A program made the translations under genes and the position numbers. Shown here in pieces: positions 1 through 12,582 of a stretch of 64,000 bases of DNA. Below the pieces are notes generated by a model. That model ran no database searches. It was not told the origin of the DNA and saw only the letters and a list, made by a program, of their open reading frames with translations. Within the stretch, counting starts at the first letter, position 1; each line of letters opens with the position of its first letter. This stretch comes from Octopus sinensis. Lineage: Eukaryota. The DNA is taken from NCBI RefSeq assembly GCF_006345805.1, contig NC_043016.1, forward strand, positions 8,804,001 through 8,868,000. The letters run 5' to 3'.

Positions 1-14
1 ATTAGAAATTGATT

Positions 15-223
15 GGATCTTTTCATTTTCAAGGCCTGATTTGTCAGATTTTTCCTACTTTTCGCAGATTTAATCTACGTTTAAAGTTATAAAATACATT
101 TTTCTCAAATAAACAAGTTGAAACTAGTGTTTTCTTTTGAGACACTCTACCAGTATACGAAGTTTCAAATTATTTAGTTAACTAGAAAAATCTGACAATC
201 AGGCCTTGAAAATGAAAAGATCC
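15..223. mobile_element. Merlin-like MITE (GGATC termini, 8-bp TSD)
   Basis: About 40-bp terminal inverted repeats starting GGATCTTTTC; perfect 8-bp direct repeat AATTGATT at 7-14 and 224-231; internal similarity to 53334-53750. Superfamily inferred from GG termini plus 8-bp TSD. Confidence 0.65.
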
Positions 224-642
224 AATTGATTTAATATATTCCGAGTCTAATTTTATCACCTTCAGCTTCATAAACTTTTTGTATTTAGTATATGCCACGG
301 CAGGCCATCACTGGTTTTCTCAATTTGTACCATTTTGTGTCATACCAATCACTTAGGGATCTGATTTGAATAAAATGTCACTACAGATTCACATTCATGC
401 TTCTCAGTTTAGAACTCCCATTTTTTTTTTTACTTACTCCTTTCATTTTTTGTGCTCACTTATAAATAGCTCAACCTGCAAGAAATAGTAGAATTTCCTT
501 AATGCCATACCACACCACCTTACAAGAAAGAAAAAGATAAAGGACACAATAAATGATGCAAGGCAACATTTGTGAAATAGAAAATAAAAAGAAAAAAGTT
601 ATTGTTGAAAGACCCAACCTGGAGCTAACCAACAACAACAAT

Positions 643-1014
643 GGAGGCGCAATGGCCCAGTGGTTAGGGCAGCGGACTCGCGGTCGGAGGATCGCGGTTT
701 TGATTCCCAGACCGGGCGTTGTGTATGTTTATTGAGCGAAAACACCTAAAGCTCCACGAGGCTCCGGCAGGGGGGGTTGGGGGGTGGCGACTCCTGTTGT
801 ACTCTTTCGCTCCAACTTTCTCTCACTCTTTCTTCCTGTTTCTTGTCCCCAACTTCCTACGCAACACTGAGCCTGGATGTGCATTCATCCATCCGTCGAT
901 GCTCTCGGTTTCGGGGGTTGACCTGCTTTCTCTTCTGCGGGTCTTACAAATAGCAAAGGACCACGTTTCAGACTTCTCTCACGAAGACTGCTTTGCTTAA
1001 CAAACAAACAAACC
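643..1014 (+). mobile_element. tRNA-derived SINE with (AAAC)n tail
   Basis: A-box (TGGCCCAGTGG) and B-box-like (GGTTTTGATTCC) head; 14-bp TSD AACCAACAACAACA at 627-640 and 1015-1028; related head at 59377. Confidence 0.8.
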
Positions 1015-1647
1015 AACCAACAACAACATGCAGAGAAGAAAGAATTTCTTTAAAAATGTTAAACTAAGAAATGATTTAGACCAAGTCATTTACATTTTTT
1101 TTTTTCACAAACCTATTTATAAAAAAGATTGGAAATATCAATTAGTGAAATGTCTTTTTAATTTTTTCTTCTTTTTTTTTCTGTTATCACAATCAAACGT
1201 CAAAGTAGCTACAGTGAAAGTGTAAAAAACATATTTGTTTAGCTAAAAAGCAAAAGTGTCAAATGAGATATGAATCTAGACCAGCGTTTCAATTTCCTTC
1301 AATTTGTTCCAACTATGCCCTTATTTACAGACGTAATATATCTAAGACTGCATTATCTGTTGTGTCCTACTGTAGGATGTAATTTTGTGAAGATCTCATT
1401 GGTTTTCATAGCTTATTAAATAACCATGGTTCTCTGTGTTTAGTGTTGTGTAACTAATTTAACATGCAAATAGTCAACCAAACAATGTAAAATGGTTGGC
1501 ATTAGGAAGGGCATCCAGCTGTTGCAATTATGCCTAGACTGAGACACTGGAGCACACCACAGTCCCTCCAACTTATCAGAGTCTGTCAAACTGTCCAGCC
1601 TCTGCAAGCATGGAGAGCAGACATAAAACAATGTTGGTGTGGTTATA

Positions 1648-2223
1648 CAGGGTGTCCATAAAGTCTCTTTACAATTTTAAAATTTTATTACAAAAGCAGT
1701 TGACAAGATATCTTAACCAGATTTATTTTATTGTAATAATTGTTTATTGAAATTTTTTAACTGTTACTTAATAGACTTGAATATGGGCACCATTAGTTGC
1801 GCAAAGCACATCAAGACGGTACTCGATTTCTTGCCATGTTTGCTGTAGGATAGCCTCATCAATGGTGGCAATGGCATTACGAATCCTTTGCTTCAAGTCA
1901 GCAATTTCCCATATCTTTCTTGATACACAATATCTTTTACATAACCCCATAAAACGAAATCCAATGGAGTGATATCTGGCGAACACGGTAGCCATGAAAT
2001 TGGCCCATCCTTTCCAATCCATCGGTCTGGAAATGTTTGATTGAAGAACTGATTCAGTGAATCAGTTCCCTTCCATTAACAGAGTATCTGAAACACAAAA
2101 ATTTAATATCAATAAAAACTTTAATAAACAATTATTAAAATAAAACAAATCTGGTTAAAATATCTCATCAACTGCCTTTATAATAATTTTTTTAAATTGT
2201 AAAGAGACTTTATGGACACCCTG
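1648..2223 (-). mobile_element. Internally deleted Tc1/mariner-superfamily transposon
   Basis: Long TIRs starting CAGGGTGTCCATAAAGTCTCTTTACAATTT, flanked by TA; the minus strand encodes a frameshifted transposase C-terminus (WLPCSPDITPLDFVLWGYVKD ... TNGAHIQVY). Confidence 0.85.
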
Positions 2224-2621
2224 TATATTGTTTTGATCATAGAGCTGTTTGATCAGACCTAAAAAACTTTTTTAAAAGTGTTTTTGGTGTGTCAAATATT
2301 ATCTACATTATGAGTTCTAATCCTTCCTGAGTCGACCTTATCATTCAGTATCTTTTGAACATTGTAGTATGGGTCAGATTGTTGTGCAATATGACAAATT
2401 ACATTCATTATAATTTCATGTGATATCATCATTTACACTTAGAGTTGTGAGGTTAAGATGCTAGTATACTAGCCTCATAACTGTGAATTTAAGGTACTGG
2501 AATAGACACAATTCTCTATGTTCCCCCTAGCCGTGGAAGCAATTGCTTCAACACAAGCACCATCCCATCAGTGTAAACAACAAAATGACGTTTGTGTATT
2601 TGTTTAATTTAAATTAAACAA

Positions 2622-2880
2622 ATGCAGCGTGGAAGGTGTTTATAAACCATTTAAGAAACACACAAAAACCGTTAGATTCACTTCAACACTTAAATTTAAT
2701 TTGCCAAAATATTTTCGTCGCTTTGAGAAAACGATCTGTTCACTGACAAAACTTCGTGCTAACAGGTTGCGGTCTCAAAGCGACGAAAATATTTTGACAC
2801 TAATTAAATTTAAATGTTGAAGTGAATCTAACGGTTTTTGTGTATTTCTTAAATGGCTTATAAACACTTTCCACGCTGCA
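2622..2880. repeat. Fold-back repeat, about 105-bp arms
   Basis: 2622-2727 is a near-perfect reverse complement of 2775-2880, with a spacer of about 45 nt. Confidence 0.85.
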
Positions 2881-3187
2881 ATTGTTTTCGTTCCAGCACA
2901 CAATCTCAGATCAGGTCACTCGCTATGCAAGTACATCTCCTTAATTTAAATTCTTTTATCAATTACATTCTTGTCCGGCTTTGGATTATGTATTAATTCA
3001 CTTTCTACTCTATTAACTTTTGTTATTGAAACATAAATGACATAACATTTACCATAAAGTGCAGCAAGTGTACTTTACCTAACCATGGTACCTACTTACA
3101 GCTAGTTAGACTAATTTAATGAGAGCCAGCTGAAGGTGTCTCAAGAAATTTGTAAACTCACTTCACATTTCTTCAATTATTTTCCAG

Positions 3188-3352
3188 GAAATACAGAGAG
3201 GGGATGGAATGATCCCCCAATGTTTGACTATTCTAGTGTCAACACTAAACAGACAAATCCAAGAAGAACACTGCTGAATAAAAGAGTAGCTTATCCTATG
3301 TCTAATGATGCGGCTGACGTTGCAAATTTATCACAAAATGAAGAACAAACTG
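3188..3352 (+). CDS. SRA1: SRA1/SRAP homolog, coding exon 2 (phase 1-1)
   Basis: AG|GA acceptor and G|GTAAGT donor; [11 protein letters not shown]...[12 protein letters not shown] matches the SRA1 N-terminal motif (human [11 protein letters not shown]...RRSLLTKRVAAP, recalled). Confidence 0.93.
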
Positions 3353-3639
3353 GTAAGTATAACAAATCTCATACTTCCTTTGCGGATAGAACGGTCAAGT
3401 CAAAATTTTGACTTCTGGTGGTTCTGTAGAACAGTCACTACAAAGCTTCTTTGACACATTTCAGATCTGGTTCATCATTTCTTTTGTTGTGAAGGCGAAA
3501 GTCTTGAGTTATCACCATCAACATCATTACCGTACATCCACTTTCCATGCTTGGATATTTTCATTCGTAAATCTGACCCCAAATCAGGTTGTGTTGTCCC
3601 CTCTTTGTTCGCCCCTTGTGGGTAATAAAAAATCACCAC

Positions 3640-3960
3640 TTTCCATGCTTGGATATGATATGGATGGTTTGACAGGAACTTGCGAAATGGAGAACTGCAC
3701 CGGGCTCCAATTTGTCTGTGCTGACATGATTTCTGTGGGTGGATATCCTTCCTAATCCAAACCACTTTACAAAGTGTACTGGGTGCTTTTTACATGGTTG
3801 CTGACAGAGGTACTTTTCACATGGTGCTGACACAGGTGTTCTTTTATGTGACACCACCACAGCTGTGTTTACATGGTCCTGGCACAGAAGCTTTTAACAT
3901 GGTACTGGAATAGGTGCGTTTTACATCGCTCTGGCACAGGTACTTTTCATATGACACTAG
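3640..3960 (-). mobile_element. Degenerate RTE 3' tail copy
   Basis: Reverse complement of the GGTTGG..TTAGGAAGG..ATCC tail motif plus degenerate internal tandem units. Confidence 0.55.
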
Positions 3961-4304
3961 TAAATGACAAATGACCAAGATCTTTGGTATTATGGGTATC
4001 TGGTTTGCAAGATACCCATAGAAGAAAGAGAAGTAACAACTCTAATGCGCGACTTTCTATATTTATCAAACCCGAAAGGATGAAAGACAGAGTAGACCAA
4101 AGCAAGAGTGTAGAAAGCCAGAATGGTTACCATAAATCAATCTGTCCAGTGCTCTGGCAACTCTTGCTGCCTAAGTTAATATTCTTCTCTTTTTTCTGAA
4201 TGTTGTTCACACTACATATATGTAATGTGTGTGTGTGTGTATTTATTTGTATAAAAATCCATTTCCTTCAAAATTTCTTAATTTAATATTTTATTGTTTC
4301 AAAG

Positions 4305-4606
4305 GAGCACTATTAAACCCTGGCTGTGGTCCACCACCATTGGGTAACGTCCAGTTACTACCCCCAGCATCGAACACCAATACACCATGTCCTGTTCCTC
4401 TTCTTGTTCCCGAGTTGACTCAACATTCTGGTCTGGACCTTTCATCTTCGGAAAATAATTCAAACATACCACCTGGATTGATAGACTTCCCTGAAGCTAT
4501 TGATGGTCTATTGGGAAAACTGTCTCTGAAAAGTGAAGAAGAGCTGCAAGAATATGTTCTTAATAATATCAATGTTGTGTTTGAAAAATGCAAAGGTTGT
4601 TTGCAG
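4305..4606 (+). CDS. SRA1: SRA1 homolog, exon 3 (Pro-rich linker and start of helical domain)
   Basis: AG|GA acceptor and CAG|GTAAGC donor; frame continues from exon 2; GPPPLG Pro-rich stretch. Confidence 0.88.
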
Positions 4607-4714
4607 GTAAGCTAAAATATAGTATGTTATTTTTCTAAAATATTATCTTTGACAAGAGTGTATCTGTCTTTCATATTTAAACCGATTTGAAAGTGACTGT
4701 AAGAGTGTAGTTCA

Positions 4715-5091
4715 TACTCTTTTACTTGTTTCAGTCATTTGACTGCGGCCATGCTGGAGCACTACCTTTAGTCGAGCAAATCAACCCCAGGACTTATTCT
4801 TTGTAAGCCTGGTACTTATTCTATTGGTCTCTTTTTCCCAAACCACTTAGTCACGAGGATGTAAACACACCAGCATCGGTTGTCAAGCAATGTTAGGGAG
4901 ACAAACATACACACACACTCACACACACACAGAGGCTTCTTTCAGTTTCCGTCTGCCAAATCCATTCACAAGGCTTTAGTCGGCCTGAGGCTATAGTAGA
5001 AGACACTTGCCCAAGATGCCACGCAGTGGGACTGAACCCGGGACCATGTGGTTGGTTAGCAAGCTACTTACCACACAGCCACTCTTGCGCC
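4715..5091 (-). mobile_element. SINE family A (tRNA head, CORE-like box, internal microsatellite linker)
   Basis: Minus strand begins GGCGCAAGAGTGGCTGTGTGGTAAG; B-box-like GGTTCAGTCCC; CTTGGGCAAGTGTCTT box; many copies in this window. Confidence 0.85.
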
Positions 5092-5460
5092 TATAATTAA
5101 TTTTTAATTTAAAGTAAAACCTAATTCAAACAAAACATAAGGTTCTTCTGTCTTCAGAATACCAAGTTATCCAAACTCATGAACTCAACCGATAGTTGAT
5201 TCATGGTTTTGTATCTCTGGGTAAGGTACATAACTCTGTTTGTTATCAATCTGAGTCGCTTTCAGTAAGTTAACAATGGAAAATAGCTCCACTTAATAAA
5301 TACAACTGGAAATAAAGGATGTAATATTGAAACAAAAACAGAATTGATATTCAATACAATTCAGTCTGGAAGAACTTTTTGCCTTTTATGTTACAATTAA
5401 TTCTTTTCCTAATAATTGGCAGTGTTTCTACCAGATCTGCACCAGGCCAGTCAGATCTGG

Positions 5461-5585
5461 TAGAAACACTGCCAGATCTAACTGACCTGGTGCAGCCTTC
5501 GAGCTTGCCAGACCCCAGTTGAACCGTCCAACCCATGCTAGCATGGAAAGTGGACGGTAAACGATGATGATGATGATGATGATGT
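5461..5585 (+). mobile_element. RTE 3' tail copy with fold-back 5' end
   Basis: Matches the tail at 17170-17293 and ends in (GAT)n; preceded by an inverted duplication from 5417. Confidence 0.75.
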
Positions 5586-6179
5586 CTATATTCATATTGT
5601 TTTTCTGTAACTGTCCCTATCATCATCATCAACAACAACATTTACGTCTGTTTTTCCATGCTGGCATGAGTTGGACGGCTTGACAGGATGTGGCAAGGCT
5701 AGGGGCTGTACTAGATTCCATAATCTGTTTAAGCACAGTTTCTGTGACTGGATGCCCAACACCAACCACTTTACAGAGTGTGCTGGGTGTCACCCTAACA
5801 ACACTGTCTCTTTCATTGTCAGCCGCTATTTCTTTAAATCACTCCAAATTCTTCTATGACAACCCAAAACTCTACTTCTTCACTCGGTGAAGCTTGCAGG
5901 TTCCAGATCTCTATCTATTTGTATGTTTGTTGGTTTGTTTGTTTTTTTAGCTCCCAGTTTATTTATTCAGAGCTGTCAGAAAACATTTCTCTCCAACAAA
6001 TAGTTCAACTCTAAATTTCAGACACTTTCACCTCTTTGGCAAAACATTTTACTTCAATTCTGAGCTATTTATATTCATAAATTTCCAAAGCAGACCATTG
6101 CTACTTTCCCCAGATTCTACTGTTTGCTCAGTATTAATTAACTAATTATTAATTAACTATTTAACTAATTATCTACATT

Positions 6180-6335
6180 CGGAGTGGTTGGCATTAGGAA
6201 GGGCATCCGACTGTAGAAACTCTGCCAGATCAAGATTGGAGCCTGGTGCAGCCATCTGGTTCACCAGTCCTCAGTCAAAATCGTCCAACCCATGCTAGCA
6301 TGGAAACCAAACGTTAAACGATGATGATGATGATC
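6180..6335 (+). mobile_element. RTE 3' tail copy
   Basis: GGAGTGGTTGGCATTAGGAAGGGCATCC ... (GAT)n. Confidence 0.8.
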
Positions 6336-6797
6336 AGATTAGAAAGATTTCAGAAAAAGTAATAGTACACACACCGATATATTCAAACCAATTTCTCCAT
6401 CTTCGTGGTTATAATCACCATATTTTGCCTGTTGTAACCTTTGGCCTTCCTCAAATGCTTATGTTCAGTGAATATATTCTGAATTTGGAACCAAACCATT
6501 TATTAAATTCTTGGCCATAGATTATTCTCATTGTGATGATGTCCATACCAGGATATTTATTAATAGTTATGTCACAACTTGTGATGTTGCTAGTTTTTTA
6601 TATCCTTCAACCAGAATATATATATATATATATATATATAGCTTATACACTCTCTGTGGCATACCGAAATAGTGAACATAAGCAGTAATTAAGTGCCAAG
6701 CTCAGTTGTTTAACTGGTGAGCTTGAGTCAGTTAAGCTACTTATATTCTGGTTGAAATCACATGTTAAGGTCATCTCTTAATTTTTTATAGAAATTA

Positions 6798-7309
6798 CTA
6801 GCAGTATCGCCCAGCGTTGCTCGGGTTTGTAAGGGAAATAACTATATAAGCATTTTTAGAGAGTTACTTCCTTTATAGATGCCAATTGGGGCTTTCTTAG
6901 CCATTTCTGTTTTGGTGTCTTCAAGCCATGAAGTCGTTGTTCTAAAAGAACGCTGGTCTCCTTGACAACGCTTTACGACGTTGATTTCCTTACACTCCCT
7001 TCCCCACAGCTTCACGAGGGAGGGAAGAAGGGGGAGAAGCAAACAGGTGCAGGTGTGACCATGGACGCCAACACCGCTGCCATCGACACACGAAAAATTA
7101 TGCATTAAAATGGAATAAAAAATGATGTTAAATTATTTTTAAAATCGTAGACTCATCGTAGACGCGCGCTAATAGCCAGACAGGCTCGATATTAATCACG
7201 ACTATAAGATACCCGAATTTGGTTAAACTGCACCGCAAAATGTGGGAGAGTTAGGAATCTAAATCGTAGGAGACAGACACTCACACAACTACAGTTTTAT
7301 ATATATAGA
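6798..7309 (-). mobile_element. Non-autonomous Helitron
   Basis: Minus strand starts TC(TATATATAT) and ends with hairpin CCCGAGCAACGCTGGG followed by CTAG, inserted between A and T; 3' end shared with 42575-42968. Confidence 0.8.
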
Positions 7310-7523
7310 TAACTTTAACACGATTTAAGTGCACTGCTAACACAGTAGTACACAGTGTTGACTTTTGAAAATATTTAATATACTTTGTTGCATATTTTGG
7401 TTGCATAACGAAATATTATCTGCCTGCAAGTCATTGATATTGACATACAAGCTTCTGGTTGAAATGTAACAAAGTAGTGGTGTGGTGGTTTCGCTTGTTG
7501 CATATTAATCAAGAAGAAAGTAC

Positions 7524-7990
7524 ATCATCATCGTTTAACGTCTGCTTTCCATGCTAGCATGGGTTGGACGATTTTGACTGAGGGCTGGCAAACCAGATGG
7601 CTGCACCAGGCTCCAATCTTGATCTGGCAGAGTTTCTACAGCTTGATGCCCTTCCTAACGCCAACCACTCCGAGAGTGTAGGGGGTGCTTTTTATGTGCC
7701 ACTGGCATGGGGGCCAGTCAGGTGGTACTGGCAACAACCTCGCTCGAATCTTTTTACACATGCCACCAGCACAGGTGCCAGTAAGGTGACGTTGGTAACG
7801 TCACGCTCGAATGGTGCCCTTTTACATGCCACTTGCACAGAAGCCAGTTGGCTGCTCTGACAACGATCACGCTCGGATGGTGCCTTTTAAGTGCCGCTGG
7901 CACGGATGCCAGTTAGCCGCTCTGTCAATGATCACGCTCGTATGGTGCTCTTTGCACCCTGCTAGCACGGACGCCAGTCATCGAATTTGA
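7524..7990 (-). mobile_element. RTE 3' UTR/tail with several ~50-bp internal tandem units
   Basis: Reverse complement of the tail seen at 16900-17293. Confidence 0.75.
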
Positions 7991-8626
7991 TTTTGATTTT
8001 GATTGATTCCACTTGCCTTAACAGGTCTTCGCAAGCAGAGTTTTAGTGTCCAAAGAAGGAAAAGGTACATGGTATGAACAAATAGGTACACAAAATCAGA
8101 ACTACCTACCCTTCTGGATTTGATAAAAAGTTTGGTTTCAAATTCTGAGAACATTATCAAATACCATGGGCATCTGGAGGTTATCAGAATGTCTTTATCT
8201 TGGCTGTTACCCTCACAATGGAGAGAATACAACTGATGAATATGTCTGGGTATAATAATGATAATCCCAAGTTATTCCATTGCTCAAAAATTTGGATGAA
8301 ATGTAGCAGTTTGTTGTGGTTTAATCCCAGCTTATCTCTGACATTAGCAAACCTATGATAAAAAGATATTCCTACCATGATCATCCCACCTTTTTTCATA
8401 GGATGAAGACAAGACACCTCAGACTACATCATCCAATGTATTCTATTTCTAAAATGGTAGGATGTTTGAGAAAACAACCTCAATGGCTCATATCAGCTAT
8501 TTGTATCTTTGATTTATAGTACTTGCATTATTATTACTGTTATTTAGCCCCTGGTCGGTGCTGGTCACTAGACCTATGATCAAAAGTGTTTCAACCATGA
8601 CCATCTCAGTTTTGTATGTGATACAC

Positions 8627-9135
8627 TCATTCATTCATTCTTCGACCGTGGTCGAGACAATGGAATTTACTATGTTGCACCAGACCTCACAGTCCATCAT
8701 AGCATTACGGAGGTCCTGTTGCTGGATGCCTGTATCTCTGGAGATTACATCAGGGTAGGAGAGTGTGCGCCCTCTCGTATTGCGAGCAGATGGCTTCCAG
8801 AGGAGGAGAAGAGTAGAAATTACCTCGTTTTCAGCTCTACAACAATGTCCAGCAAACTGGACTCTTCTACCTTTCACAAGAGATGATACCGGTGGTAATT
8901 TCCCATATATTTGTACTTTGGTTGGATGACGCTTCCATGAGAGATTTTGAGCTCTCATAAGGAGACGAGTGTAAGTTCTATCCAACAGCCTCTCAAGCTT
9001 CTTTGATAACATCCAGGTTTCTAAGCCATAGTGTAGAATTGATTTGACTGTGGCTTTGAAGATTTTTAAGTTTGAAATCTCTACTTAGATTTGATGACCA
9101 GATCTTATGCATATCATTACAGGCCATACCCTTTC
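8627..9135 (-). mobile_element. 5'-truncated RTE-clade LINE (family D)
   Basis: ORF 8635-9012: LDRTYTRLLMRAQN...VQFAGHCCR...GRTLSYPD RT C-terminus; (GAAT)n tail. Confidence 0.85.
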
Positions 9136-10311
9136 TAGTTAGAAATGTGATACACTACATTTTATGCATTATTTGACTCATGATATGAACCCACCCAATG
9201 CTATTCCTAATTGTATAATACAAGCTTTTATTCAAATTTTCTATCAGAATTTCATATTAGTTTATGTTCCAATGATAAACTTATTTCACAAAATTCTTCA
9301 TTATTTTCAAAATTAATTAAAATAAAGTCAGTGTACAAGCACATTCACACACACGCAACAAAATTTTGTTCCCACTTACTAAATTCACTCACTAAAGCTT
9401 TGGTCAGTCTGAAGCTACATTAGAAGACAACTGCCCAAGGTGCTGCGTGGTAGGACTGAACCCCAAACCACATGGTTGGGAAGCAAACTTCTTCAGATAT
9501 ATAGCCTACATTTTTGACAAAAAAAAAAGGGTCAAGACAGCTTGGTGCAATTTCAGGGAGATTTAACTGCTGTTTGTAGCAGATTGAGTTCCTTTATAGT
9601 TGGTCACTTGTATAAAATTCTAGGTAATAGGGACATGAAGTTTTCTCCCTACTCTTTATATCATTCCAATTCATAATCTGTCTTGAACTTCTGTATATTG
9701 TTTCTATGAAGTGAACAAAACAAGAAAACTCTGCCTCAGTGAAATACATTTCGAGAGTATGACGTGATAGAGTTGTCTCCTCTTGAATCCATAATTTAAA
9801 AAAAAATATATATATATATGTCAACCAAGTCTTCAAATGCTTCTGAAAACTGAGTCCAAACACCATTTCAATAGTTCCCAGCCTTTTTACCATCACGACC
9901 CATTTCACTAAATACTAATCTGCTGCACATTTTTTGATAAATATTTAAATTTAAAATTTTTCCAAGAAATCATTTGATATCTTTTTAAAGAAAAATGTTC
10001 TTGAATTTTTACTGTTTCTAATTAATATTGTGTTGTAACCATAGCGATTATAGCTTATTGTATAACATATTTGTAATTATTTTACATTTTATAAAGCGTT
10101 TCAGAAGTAGAATTCTTTTTTTTTTTCATCCAGGCAAGTAGCTTGTTTCACAACTACTTGGTTACAGGTTCAGTCCCACTGCATGGAACCATGGGCAAGT
10201 GTCTTTAACTATAGCTCCAGGCTGACCAAAGACTTGTGAGAGGAATTAATAGACAGAAAATGAAAGAAGCCCATCATGTGTGTGTGTGTAAGACAGATAT
10301 TAAATGATAAT

Positions 10312-10775
10312 AATAATAATAATGAAATTATTGTATACAGTGCTCAGGTGCACCACAACTTGTCAGAAAGTGCATATAAAGTACATGCAGTAATGTAGAA
10401 ATGTCTGGAAAGTGAACATGCTTGTGTGTGTATGGAGGGGAGAAAATCAAGTGTAGTGTTGGCGAATCTCAGGAAGCATGGAAGTCTTGAAGGATGCAGT
10501 GCTCCGACAACTAACAACCGATGCCGGCAGTTTGTTCCACGCTTCAGCAACTCTCAGCGTGAAAAAATGTTTCCTGAAGTCATGGAGCTGTGCTGTTTTC
10601 TTACTTTGTAAATATGTCCACGGGTGTTAGATGGGTGGAGTTTGAAGAGGTGCTCAGTGTTATTGTTTGTGCAATGGTTGATAATTTTATGGGTGTCTGC
10701 CAGGTCAGCTGCCAAAGTGTGATTGTCGTAAAGAAGTGCCACCCTCATACAAGTGGTGTCCTTCGTTTCTAATAT
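10312..10775 (-). mobile_element. CR1-clade LINE 3' end
   Basis: NTRGHIYKVRKQH followed, after a frameshift, by FFTLRVAETWNKLP..V; (ATT)n tail. Confidence 0.8.
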
Positions 10776-10994
10776 GTCTGGGCATGGGGAAATATTATCT
10801 TACTTGGAAACAGGTGAGAGTTGATGAACAGGAAGGTCATTTGGCTGCAGAAAATCTGAAGCAGCTGGAGATAAGATAGTTTGACTAAAAAAAAAAACGG
10901 CTATTGCAACCAAAATTAAATATTGAAACAAACGCATTTGGTCAAATTTGGACATACAACAGTTTAATATTATAGCAACGATACACACACACAG

Positions 10995-11027
<33 letters not shown>

Positions 11028-11028
<1 letters not shown>

Positions 11029-11335
11029 TCTTTTACTTGTTTCATGCTGGAGAACCACCCTGAAGAGGTTTAGTCAAACAAACCCCAGGACTTTTTTTTT
11101 TAAGCCTAGTACTTATCCTATCGGCCTCTTTTGCCAAACTGCTAAGTTACGGGGATATAAACACACAAGTTGTCAAGTGGTGATGTGGGGACAAACACAG
11201 ACACATAGATACACACACACACATATACACACACACAATGGGCTTCTTTCAGTTTCCATCTACTAAATCCACTCACAAGGCTTTGATTGGCTCAAGGTGT
11301 CACACAGTGGGACTAAACCTGGAGAATCAAGCTTC
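11028..11335 (-). mobile_element. SINE family A, degenerate
   Basis: Aligns by eye to 4715-5091. Confidence 0.75.
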
Positions 11336-11360
11336 TTATCTTATAACAACCACGTCTGCA

Positions 11361-11396
11361 CCTATATATATGTATATATATGTATATATATATGTA

Positions 11397-11429
<33 letters not shown>

Positions 11430-11484
11430 ATATATATATATGTATGTATGTATGTATATATATGTATGTATGTATATATGTATG

Positions 11485-11518
<34 letters not shown>

Positions 11519-11531
11519 TAATATATGTATG

Positions 11532-11563
<32 letters not shown>

Positions 11564-11691
11564 TGTATGTATGTATATATATATATGTATGTATGTATGT
11601 ATGTATAATATATGTATGTATGTATGTATGTATGTATATATATATATATTATGTATGTATGTATATATATGTATGTATGTATATATGTATG

Positions 11692-11725
<34 letters not shown>

Positions 11726-11737
11726 TATATATGTATG

Positions 11738-11769
<32 letters not shown>

Positions 11770-11972
11770 TGTATGTATGTATATATATAGTATGTATGTA
11801 TGTATGTATATATATATGTATGTATGTATGCATGTATATATATATATATATATGTATGTATGCATGTATATATATTTATATGTATGTATATATATATGTA
11901 TGTATATATATATGTATGTATATATATATATGTATGTATATATATATATGTATGTATATATATATATGTATG

Positions 11973-12040
<68 letters not shown>

Positions 12041-12537
12041 TATATATATGTATATGTATGCATATATATATATGGTATATATGTATGCATATATATATAT
12101 GGTATATATGTATGCATATATATATGGTATATATGTATGCATATATATATATATATGTATGTATATATGTATGCATATATATATATGGTATATATGTATG
12201 CATATATATATATGGTATATATGTATGCATATATATATATGGTATATATGTATGCATATATATATATGGTATATATGTATGCATATATATATATGGTATA
12301 TATGTATGTATATATATATATGTATGTATATATGTATGCATATATATATATGTATGTATATATGTATGCATATATATATATGTATGTATATATGTATGCA
12401 TATATATATATGTATGTATGTATGTATATATATATGTATGTATGTATATATATATATATATATGTATGCATATATATATATATATGTATGCATATATATA
12501 TATATATATGTATGCATATATATATATATATATAATG

Positions 12538-12576
<39 letters not shown>

Positions 12577-12582
12577 ACATAT
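11361..12582. repeat. 1.2-kb compound (TA)/(TATG) microsatellite with higher-order units
   Basis: Directly visible; source of the many Y/I/M/H-rich ORFs. Confidence 0.97.

Noticed and set aside
643-720. tRNA gene
   Set aside because: A/B boxes are present, but the sequence runs into a SINE body with tail and TSD, and no full cloverleaf was seen. The same holds for the other SINE heads.
553-1225. Gene interrupted by a SINE (ORFs 553-735 and 1028-1225 join in frame at the empty site)
   Set aside because: The joined peptide is short and unrecognised; probably a transposon remnant in SRA1 intron 1. A homology search is needed.
1-3187. SRA1 exon 1 / promoter
   Set aside because: No convincing ATG-containing exon ending in a phase-1 donor was found; probably upstream of the window.
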